From Lama glama (lineage: Eukaryota), in NCBI GenBank assembly GCA_028534125.1, contig CM052818.1:7690001-7750000 (forward strand): DNA of 60,000 bases, read 5' to 3'. The notes beneath the pieces were generated by a model. The model was not told the DNA's origin. It did not search any database and saw nothing but the letters and a program-made list of their open reading frames with translations. Each line of letters opens with the position of its first letter. Within the stretch, counting starts at the first letter, position 1. Shown here piece by piece: positions 10,016 to 22,000 of this stretch. Made by a program: the position numbers and the translations under genes.

Positions 10016-13000
10016 GTAATGCCTTTTTTGGGGGAAGGGGGATTTTTACTGAGGATTTGTTTTATCTTTAAATGAAGATTTCGTATACTTATCTCAAAAA
10101 AGTACATTTTATGATGTGGAAACTAAAGACATATAATTTGGAAGTAAGTTGATTGAGAAATTGGAATATAGTTCTTTTCATGCATTTCCATGAAAGAAGT
10201 CACTTATGTAAACTGGAAAAAATAATTTAAAAAATGAGAGTACAAGTTGAAAGTTCTTAAACATAGAACAATCAGTCTTCATTGTTTGCAGATTCCATGT
10301 TTGCAAATTTGCCTACTCCTGAAAACTTGTTTGTAACCCCCAAATCGATACTTGTGACACTTCTGTGGTCATTTGCAGACATGCAGAAAGTGAAAAATTT
10401 GAATCTCCTGATCCACTTGAGGTTGAACAAAGCAATATTCTGCCTTTTTGTTTCAGCTTTCATGCTGTAGACACACATCCCTTTTGTGGTCTATTTAGTG
10501 CCACATTGTTTTGGTGTTGTGCTTTTTGTTAGTGATTTTGCTGTTTGAAATGGTTCCCAAATGTAGTGTTGAAGTGCTTTCTAGTGTTTGTTAGCACTTG
10601 AAGGCTGTATTATGTCTTATGAGGAACATGCATGTTATATAAGCTTCATTCAGATATGAATTATAGTGATGTTAGCCATGAGTTCAGTGTTACTGAATAA
10701 ACTATATATTAAATAAGGTGTCTTTAAGCAGAAATACATACAAAACAAGATTCTGTATTGATTGGTTGATGAAAGTGTTATGACCGGATTTTCAGAAACC
10801 TAACTATCTTCCCTAGGAATAAAGGTTCAGTATTTGCTTATTAAGTGTTCCAGTGACTTTGTAGGACAAAACTGTAAATAATGAGAACCAACTGTGTATT
10901 TTTCTTTCCTTTGTGATTAGTGTCACAGCAGCTTTTAGGTTATCTAACTTTAAGCTGAATAAAAGCATATTGGAACCAGGAGTGTCTGCCATAATGTAAT
11001 AGAAAAAAGGCCTACCTGTGAAAAAAAACTGGAGTGTTAAAGGATAGAAGATATACAATAGAAGGTAGAAGAGTTTTGATGTTGAAAAAAGATAGAGAAA
11101 TTGTACATTAAGGAATTAATGACTGTATCATCCACCCCACCTTGCAACTACAAACCCTCAATTTTTGCATATCCTTTATCTTGTACATATTTTTTCTCCC
11201 CTTGGCAATTGATGCTGGAAGCTGAAGTTTATTTAATCAAATTGATTTTTTAAAAGCATTTGCTATAGAAGAAGAAGTTTAGTTGCTTTGTATAATTTAA
11301 GCATTTTTATTTTTCTATGATATACTTTCAGACATAAAACTTACTTTACAGAGTTCTCTTGTTTACTTTTTGCAGGTGATTCAAATAGTTTATGTGTTGC
11401 CCCATCTCTAGTTACAGATCAACATAGATGGACTATATATCATTCCAAAGTAAATCTCCCAGCAGCATTAAATGATCCTAGATTAGCAAAAAGAGAATCT
11501 GACTTCTTCACAAAAACATGGGGATTGGACTTTGTGGACACTGAAGTCATACCTTCATTCTACCTCCCACAGATCAGCAAGGAACATTTTACAGTATATC
11601 AACAGGAAATCTCTCAGGTAATATCCAGTCTTGCAATTGGTTATAGTCAGGTCAAAAGAAGTATTTTTAGTTTGATTTATTATAGATTTTTGACCAATAA
11701 TCTTTGATGAGCCTATGGTATTCTTTTCTGTTCTACACATTCTGTTGTCTTGGGTTCTATTTAATTCTTTGCTTAAATATATACTTCTCTTACAGTAGTG
11801 AACTTTCAGAGTGACCCATTCCTAATAGTGCTAAGATTCAACCTGAAACTCATCCTACCTACCAAGGAGAAAAAGGTTCTTTTAGGCCTGTAAAGCCCGG
11901 ATAATTTGTGGGGTTAAGAAATGAATAGTGGGATTGTTTCTATGTCTCTCATTCACCACAGACAATTCAACAGAGCATCCTAGCTCTAGCAGATTTAATA
12001 CGTTGTTCTAAGCTTGGTTCTCAGAGCAAGAACTGAGTGCAGTGCTGAGTTTGAGGTGGCTTATTACTCATTTTTAGTAAGTGACTATTATCAATATAAT
12101 TCTAGTTACCATTTCAATCTTTAAAAAATCATCATTAAACTGGTACAGGGGATTTAAAAACTTAAAAAAATTGAAATATAATTGATATATATATAAAACA
12201 TATTAGTCTAGGTGTACAATACAATGATTTGATATTTGTGTATATTGTAAAATAATCACCACAATAAATCTGATCAACATCCATCATTGTATGTAGTTAC
12301 AAAAAATTCTTTTTTCTTGCAACAAGGACTTTAAGATCTGTTCTCTTAGCAACCTTCAAATATTCGATGCAGTATTACTAACTATAGTCATCATGCTTTA
12401 TGTTACATCCCTGTGACTGAATTATTTTATAACTGAAAGTTTGTATAAGGGATATTTATTTATATTCTTATAATTTCTTTTTATACTTTTTCAGTTAGCA
12501 AGCCTAATTTGCATTTAGCTCATTTTATTTCATTTGATTAGTTTGTTCTTTTTATTATTTGGAAATAGGCTGAATATGGCTATATTATTTTCATTAATAC
12601 TATATAGTATCTGGTTCATTTTTAGTACCACCCAATATTTTTGTTCAGAAACTGTAAATATTTCCTTTTGTATGTGTATATTGCCATATATTGTCTGGAG
12701 TTTTTGTGTTCTGTTTTAAATGTTCATATCTAACTGTCTGGATGTTGTTAAATATATGAGCTTTAATATTCCTTCTTTTTGATGGTTTCTAATCTCATAC
12801 CTTTTAACCTAAAATTTGGCTTTCTGTTTGTTCATTTATTGATCAAATATTTATTGAGTGTCTTCCAGTGCCAGGCACTGTTCTAAACACTCGGGATATA
12901 GCAAAGACCAAAACAAGCACCAATTCCCTTCATTACAAAACTTACATTTCTAGGAGGCGATATAAACAATACCCTAAAGCAAACACTAAAATAACAAAAC

Positions 13001-16000
13001 GAAGAATTACAGCTAAGAAGTCAGTGAAGGAGATGACATGAAATTAAAAAATTCTCAATCCAAACAAAGACAGAAGAGTAAAAAGGAAACAAAAAATACA
13101 TGAGACAAAAAGAAAATAAACATCATGATGATAGACTTAAACCTAACCCTGTCAATAATCATGTTAAATGTAAATGTTTAAGCACTCCATTAAAAGGCAG
13201 AGATATGCAACTGGATGGAACAGCAAGACCCAACTATATGCTGCCTATAAGAAATGCATTTTAAATACAAAGACATAAAACATTTGAAAGTAGAAGGATG
13301 GAAAAGGCTTAACACCAGTCAAAAAAAGCTGGAGTGACTATATTAATATCAGCCAAAATAAATCTCAGAGCAAAGACTATTACTAGGGATGAATGTTGTT
13401 TTACGATAAAGGTGTCAGTTAATCAAGAGGATATGATCCTTCTAAACATTTATACCCCTAAATACAGGGTTTCAAAATACATGAAGCAAAAACTGGAAAA
13501 TTTATGAGTGAAATAGGCAAATTCACAATTACGGTTGGAGATTTCAGTACTCTCAGTAAGTGATACAACAAGCAAACAGAAAATCAGCAAGTATATAGTA
13601 AGCTTGAAAAACACAGTAAGCCATCCTGACTTAACTTGAAAGAACACCTTGAGAGAACATTTCACATGACACAGAAGAATGCATTTTCTTTTCAAGTTCT
13701 CATGGAACATTTATCAAGACAGACCATAATCTGAGCTGTAAAACAAATGTTAATACATTGAGAAGCCTTCAGGTCATACAAAGTATATTCTTTGACCACA
13801 ATAGAATTAAATTAGAAATTAATAACAGAAATTCACAAATATCTGGAAATCAAAACTTACACTTCTAAGTAAAACATGGGTCAATGAGTAAAAGGAAATA
13901 AGAAAGTAGTTTGAAATGAATAGAAATGAAAACACACATACCAGAATTTGTTAGATGCCACTCAGGCAGTACTTTGGGAGAAATTTGTAGAAGTAAATGC
14001 ATATATTCAAAAAGAATGATCTCAAATCAGTGACCTCAGCTTCTACCTTAACAAGCTAAAAAAAAAAGGAGCAAATTTAAACCAAAATAAGCAGGAGAAA
14101 GAAAGAAACATCAAAGTCAAAATCAATGAAGTAGAAATCAGAGAAACCAAAAGAGAAAATCAGAGAAACCTAAAGCTGGTTCTTTGAGAAGATAATAAAA
14201 TTGACAAACCTCTAGCAATACTGATAAGGAAAAAAAGAAGATATGAATTATGAATTATAAGAATGAGAGTAGTGGTATTACTGCAGATTCTATAGAGATG
14301 AAAAGGCCACTAGTGGAATATTATAAATAACTTTATGCTAATAAATTTAACAACTTAGATAAATTGACAAACTCCTTGAATGATGTGTATTACCAAAGCA
14401 CTTTCAAGAAGAACTGGATAACACAAATAGCCTTATATTTATTTTAAAAATTAATGTGCAGTTAAATAGCTTTCCACAAAGAAAACTCAAGTCCACATAG
14501 CTTCACTGTTGAGTCCTTCTAAATACTTAAGGAAAAAATAATACCGAGCCTACCCATATTCTTTCATATTTTGATGAGGATGTGGAGGACAAGGCCAGTA
14601 GTGACATGAGGCAAATGAGGTGCCTAAAGTGTAAAATGTGAAAGGGCTCCAGAATCTGAGAGTAGGTACCTCCTTAAATATTGCACTCTGGGCTCCTTGC
14701 TTGCCTCACCCTACTGCCAGCCCTGGTGGAGTAATTAGAATCCTCCTATACTGTTGGTGGGAATTTAAAGTGTACAAAGCTTTTGGAAAACAATTTGGCA
14801 GTTTCTTGAAAAGCTGAAGATACTTCTGGTCCAGGGTGTAAGGAGCTTGGAAGTTTTTATTCCTGCCTTCACAACAGGAAAAAATCAGAACAAACTGGAA
14901 GCCAACAACTGGGCACGGATTCACTAAAAGACATATCTGAGGACTAGAGAATGCTTCCTTGCCTCCCATATTTTACCAGCACATCAGTAGGGCACCCATA
15001 TAATAATAGGGGACCCATATAATAATAGGGGAATACAACTGAAAGAACTGCAAGTCTCAGACTTTATTTATGAAGAAGTCTCTGAAGACAGCAAATAATG
15101 GCCGAAAACTTCCAAATTTAGTGAAAGACCTATAGATTCAATCAGTTAAACGAACCCAAATAGATAAACCCAAAGAAATCCAAGGCTCTCAGATTTTAAA
15201 ACTAAATTCTATCTACCTGACTTCTAACTATTAATTTCCAGAGGAAATTAAGTATGTCCTATGTAATGGCTAAAGAATTAGAATATAGAAAACATATTTG
15301 AGTAACCTTAAAAATCTATAAGCAAGAAAGGAATAGATAAAGGGAAGAAAGACATAAATTCTATAGTCATGGTAAATCACAAAATGTGATTGGCTAGTAA
15401 ATACATATGAGAAGAGAGAACTCAAGTCACTCGTAATCGAGGAATATACACACTGCATCATTCCAGAAATTGGGTTATAGGTATACTACATTCTACTGGT
15501 TGATCAGAACATATTAATATAAATTGGAAAGCAGTTTGGCACTATCTGATAAAGTTGAGTGTATTTATTGCCTGTGACTGAGCAGTTAACTCTACTTCTA
15601 TGTATAGAATGGCAGTAAGGAAAAAAATACAGATAATTTTTAGAAACTGAACCTCCTTCATTAACTTTTGTGATTTACTAATGGTGCAGGTCTGCTCAGT
15701 GAAAATCAGATACACACACTATCCCTGATGACATAACTCAACAGATTACATGAAGGAATTAATGTAAATGCTTTATTAAGGTACTTTGTTATACTACAGT
15801 TTTGTATAGCACATGAAACTATGTATTGTTAATGAGACACAACACACTGAATATACGTAATTTCTTCAAATACATATTTTATTGTAATGTGATATTAATA
15901 CTGTTTACTGTATACATTAGAAAAGACATATTGTAAAGCTACAGTAACATACAGCATGATTATGACAGAATAGTCTTATAGATAAAGGAACAAAGTAGAG

Positions 16001-19000
16001 GGCTCAGAAATAGACCCAAACAAATACACTGAACTGATTTTTGACAAAGATAAATACTTGTAAAACACAAACGGTAAAGGACTGGTATCCCAAGTATGCA
16101 GAGGACTCTTAAAATGCAACAATAAAATACGGTGCAATTAAAAAACGGGCAAAAGACTTGAATAGACATTTCTCTCAAGAAGCTATATGAATTACCAATC
16201 ACCACATGAAAAGATGGTCAACATTACTAATGGCTTTATTTTTTGTTTTTTAATTAAAAAATTTTGAAATATGGTTAATGTACAATATTATGTTAGTTTT
16301 AGGTGTATTACATAAATGATTTGACATTTGCATACATTATGAAATGATCATAAGTCACATAACTGTCTCCCAGTCTCTGACTTGTCTTCATTCTCTTAAC
16401 GGTGTCTTCCGCAAGTGGAAGTTTTTAATTTTAACAAAGTCCAACTTGTCAGTTTTTTTCTTTCATGGATTGTGCTTTTCATGTCATTTGATGTTCCAGC
16501 ATCACTTATTCAAAAGACGCTCCTTGCTCTATTGAATTGCCTTTGTGTCTTTTAGAATGGCAAAAATCCAAAACACTGTCGACATGAAATACTGGCAAGG
16601 ATGTGGACTAATAGGAACTCTTAACTGTGTGTAGGAATGCAAAGTAGTACAGCCACTTTGGAAGACAGTCCTGTAGTTTCTGACAGAACTACTATCAGAA
16701 CTCTGAACACTGTTAGCCCAGGATTTTTTCCTAGCCACACTCCATTTTCCCATATGTCATATATATGGTATCTGAAAAGATAACAGTGTTGTTAGTGGTC
16801 ATCTAATGTGAAATCAGAGTGGGGTTTCTTTCTTTCTTTTTTTTCTTTTGACTCAGAGAAAGTATCAATTAATACTTTATATCTTTGGTATATAGGTTTC
16901 ACAATTTTCTTTTTTGTTTAAAAAAATTATTTTCTTAATTGATTTCTGTTATAAAAATAAGAGTTTTTCATTTGTTTTCCTACTTCATTCCAAGTTTGTG
17001 GAGATTTTGCTGAACCTACAGAAAATGGGATGAGTATAAGTATATATACATTCATACATCTTAGTGGCATTTTGTTTACTAAGCATACTTGTTATTTGTA
17101 TTTCAGTTCAAGAGGCTAGTGATTTCATATTAAAAAATTTAGAACTAATTTTGTATATTCTGACATTCTGTTGTGAGACATTTTGATGCTTTAAATACAT
17201 TTATCACATTGTTTATGTAATTGTCTTTTTATTAGAGAGAGAAGATTCATGAGAGATGCAAGAATATTTGTCCTCCTAAAGATACCTTTGACAGGACTCT
17301 CTTACATACTCATGGTATGAATATGTGCTGATTGTAGTATAGCATAAATATTAATGAACAGATTAAAATTTGGGGACCTTGTTGGCTATCATATCTAATT
17401 TTTATTTCTAGTGAAATTTTTATAGCCTATAATCTTGGTCTTTTCTAAAAGCTTTTACGAGAAAAATGAGTCTGATGGTAGTGTTATCCTTCAGTTTAGC
17501 AAATACTTATTTAATATTTGGGTGCTTGATACTTTGCTTGTTGCCTAAAAATAGATGAATAAGTAGTCCCTATCCTCAAGAAGCTGATGGTCTCTTGAGT
17601 AAGGTTAAACAAATAAACCAACAATTGCAGCACTATATATCAAGCAGTAAGCTTATGTGGCAATACTACAAAGTTCCTAACTTAGCCTTATAAGAAGTCC
17701 TAGAGTTAATGAGGATTGCCTGTGTTTTAAACTAGCTATTGAGAAATATTTATGTGGAAAAAGGCATGTCAGGAAAGGGAATAGTTTATGCATGCCATAA
17801 AGTCAAGAAATTAGCATGTTCAGGGACCTGTGAGAGTTTTTGCTGGCTCTACTGGTAGCAAGAAATGAGCTGAAGAAGTAAGTAGGAGTCAGATCACAAA
17901 GAGCCTTGTGTGCCATGCTAAGGAGTTTTTCTTTTTTGGAAGCAGTCTAGAGCTACCAAATATTTTTAGCCAGACATGATCAGGGTTTTGATTATATATT
18001 TCACTGTGAAAACAGTTGTAGATAGGAAATTTATGGATGATGATAAAACTAGAGATAAGAAGACTGTTGGAGGCTATTGCAAAAATACAAGTGAGAAGTC
18101 ATGTTTCCCCAGTAGCAGTTATAGTGAAGATGGAGAGGAAATTAAGCCTTTGAGAGATGCCTCAGAAATCGAGGCACAGGTTTTGGTGGTCAATCATTTG
18201 TCAGTAATGGAGCAAGATAATTCAAAGATGACTCCCAAATTTCTTGCTTGGGCAGCTGGCTAGGTGAGAGGTACGATTTGGTGAGAGAGGCAGTATTGGA
18301 CGAGGAATTTTGGAGGAGGTGCTGCTTTAATTGAAATTTTGCAGAAAAGATGTCTGGTATGTAACCCAGAGCTCAGGAGAGATTTAGGCTGGAGACACAG
18401 GTATGGTAGACTTTATCATAGACAATATGCTAGGCAGTAGCATGGTAGTTGAATCCAAGGGCACAAGTGGCATCACCCAGGGAGGATGTGAGTAATGAGG
18501 AGAAAAGAACTGAAGATAGAACACCAAGGAAGCTGTCACCTTTAAGGGGTAGATAGAAAATGAGGTACCTGTGAAGGAGAGTCAAAGGAAATAGTCAGAT
18601 AAATAAAAGAGCGAACCAAGAGAAAATTCTACCTTAGAAATGAAAGGTTGAGTTTCTAAGAAGTGAGAATGATTAGTCTATAGTGTCAGAATACTTCAGG
18701 GATAGATCTAGTTTGCACACTAAGAAGTCTCTGTGGATTTGGTAATTTAGAAGATCTGAGGGAGAACATTTAGACTGGAGTGGTGGTTACTCAATACTAT
18801 GTTTTAAGGAGTGAATACAAGAGCAGGAAGTGGAGTCTACCAATATGGTTGTGTCTTGAAGATCTGAGATTTAAGGTATTGACTAGAGGGAACAGAATCC
18901 CTCTAGTTTGTTTCTACTAATAGTTTAGTAGATAAATATTTTTGCATGGTCAGGATTAGATGAGACAAGAGAGGCATTTGCATAATCCTGAGGGTGAGAG

Positions 19001-22000
19001 CTTTCTTATATTTTGCACCTGAGGTCCTCCCTTGTCTCAAGCTAGATTTGGGTCCTGGGTTTTCTCTTTCTCTTTTTCTCTTTTTCCTTCCTTCCTTCCT
19101 TCCTTCCTTTCTTTCTTCCTTTCTTTCTTTCTGTCTTTCTTTCTTTTTCTTTCTCTCTCTGTTTCTTTCTCTTCCTTCCTTCCTTCCTTCCTTCCTTCCT
19201 TCCTTCCTTCCTTCCTTCCTTCCTTCTTTGATGGGAAAGAACTGAGCATGTTTATATGCAGAAAAGAAAGAGCTTTTAAAGGGAAAAGTTTAAAGATACG
19301 GAGAGAGGCAGAGTAATTGATGAAGTGAACTCACAAAAGAGCCAGGAGGGGATAGAGTCCAAGTACAGAAAGCTTAGTTTTGGAAGGGAGGGTACCTTGT
19401 CTGAGAGCCCATTGGTGAGATGAAGATGAAGTAGGTTCATTTGCAAGAACTTTGTAGATGATACAAAGAAAGATATTTAAGAAGAAAATTAATATGGTAT
19501 TAAAAAATCTTTGATCATAAGAAATTCTAGATGGAATGCCAGATATTTTGAACAATAAAAACAGTGTTTCTATAAGATAGCACCAAGCTTTCTGTGTCCA
19601 TTTAAAAAATACTTGAAATGTATTTATTTGTTTTATTGATATTGTACAGTTTTAAAATTATTTGAAACATACATTTTATTCAGTGCTCTGCCTGCTTACT
19701 GCTAGGCATACAGGAGGTGTTTGGTAATTGTTAAAGGAAGAAACTTAAGTGGTTTATTTAGTTGTCACCTAGTATAGTGTTGAATCTGTCAAAATATATT
19801 TTATGGAAATAAAACAAATTTTTAAAAATTACATTTTCCTTTTTCCTTTTTTAAATAGATAAATCCAGGACAGATCTGGAGCAAGTACCTAAGGTAACAA
19901 AGCCTAAAAAATGAGAATACTGCTTTTTAACATTTGATTTTTAATTTTCCCTTGTAAGAAGCTTTCATTTGTCTGTTTCCTGGCACTTTGACCACTTTGT
20001 CTCTTCATTTTTCTTCTCTCTCTGTTGCATCATCAATCTCTTTTTTATCACCAAAATTTACAAATAGGTTTACATCTCTTCATTTTAAAAAAGAATTTTG
20101 TTGATCTTATTACCCCTCCAAATTATTAGAGATACTTTCTTTGTATGAAAAATGTTGTAGAGATATGTAATGGATGAGATAAATAAAACTCTAAATGCCA
20201 TTGTAGAGGGTTTGGTCTGTCGGTCATGGGAATCCATTGAGAGATTTAAACAGATATTAATTCAGTTATACTTGCATTTTAAAGATATATCTCATAGCAC
20301 TATAGAGGATAGATTGAGAAAGGGCATCAGTAAGAATCCATTTACTATAATCCAGAGATAATGAAGAGCTGCAGAAATGCTGTAGAGATAGAGAGGAGAT
20401 TCAAGCAATATTGAGGAAATATTAAGGGTAGGGTTTAGTGCCCAGTTGGATGTGGTATATAAGGGAAAGGAAGGAATTCGGTTTTATAAAATTGAATTTG
20501 TTTTGATTTTAAAATTTAGTATATATCTAATCTAAAAGAATTTTGAAAGAATTTTGAGCAGGAGAAAACAGAAATATAAATACAGAGATACTGATATTTG
20601 GCCTTTTTGGAAAACCACTATCAGTGGAAAATAATATGGAAATTTTATGTATGATAATATCCCTTTGGCATGTGCTTAGTCGGACTGCACCAGTGAGTTT
20701 GACCAAGTAGTAAATGGAATGATCATCTCCTTTGGTAAAGACAAAAAAAAACAAACATTTTTCTATCTTTCATGGTCATTTTTAACTTGATGAAACATTA
20801 TTTATACAGTTATTCTTATACAGATTTTTGTATAAGTAACTCAACCTGTTATCACTTGTTTTTTCTGTGTATGCTTGAGATCCAAGTTAATTATTATTTA
20901 ATGGTCTTTATGATGTTAGAAGGGTTAATGAGTGTAGAGAAAATGTTTATCTAATTGAGGGAAATGCATTTTTTTAATAGATTTTTATGAAACCAGATTT
21001 TGCCTTGGACGATTCCTTAACTTTTAATTCAGTTTTACCATGGTCTCATTTTAATACTGCTGGTGGAAAAGGAAATCGTGATGCAGCTTCTTCAAAGTTG
21101 CTACAAGAAAAGGTAATTCCTTTTTTACTTTTTCATTTAGAAAAGTATTTTACTTAAGTAGTACTATTTGTGTAGGTTCAGATTTAGTTATTTAGTAGGT
21201 GCTACTTCTTTTAATTTCATCTTTATTGTTATTGATAATTATAAGCCTGCAGATCTTAACTGTTAAAATAATAGCATTTTTATTCAGTGCAGTACAAATG
21301 TGCTACTAAGAAAGGAAAAGCTTATTGTTTGAGTGCTTGTTATCTGAAACAGCAGTTGATGGAATTTCAATTGAAAGGATATATTAGATAACACAGTTAA
21401 TTGTTTTTATTCCAAACAATATATTGGCTAATTTTATATTCTTTATGATTTAAAGCACAGAAAATCACTTTTCCTGAGGTACTCTTTTTCCTCATTTACA
21501 CATAGTAATGATGATTATTTTTAAGCAAAAATATTATAATTAAAAAACACAGTATTCCTTTAGCTTTACAAAACTTTGCAAAGTCTAGTCTTTTGCATGT
21601 TACTAGTCAGCAGTTTTTCAGAATTTTACAATGTTCCATATTTTAGAAGTCAACATCTTGGAAATCATTTAAAATGTATAACTTTAAACATATCGTAACT
21701 CGTATCAAGACTCTTTTAAAATTTGAATAGGAAGTAAAAACCTTTGATCTCTGTTTTTTCTCAGCACTCAGTTTAGAGCTTTTCTAAAACTGTGGTTCTT
21801 AAGCTGAGATGAAAGCATTTTGTTTCAGTCTAGTGATAACTCTTGGCAGTCTGAAAGCTTGTTTCGGGTATTCAGTAAGTTGGATCTAGTCCACCTCAGC
21901 AACTAAGAAAGGACAGGCTTAAGGAGGAGAGGAGAAGAAATGTAGGTAAAGAATCATGAGTATTCCTTTCCTTACAGTTGAAAAAGAAAATGAACTCACT

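Noticed and set aside
12970..14570. Intact or domesticated L1 endonuclease gene
   Set aside because: Multiple stops and frameshifts; the ORF track shows no plus-strand ORF of 60 aa or more here.
18994..19316. Low-complexity ORFs (LPSF/RKEG repeats)
   Set aside because: These are translations of the (CTTC)n/(TTTC)n microsatellite.
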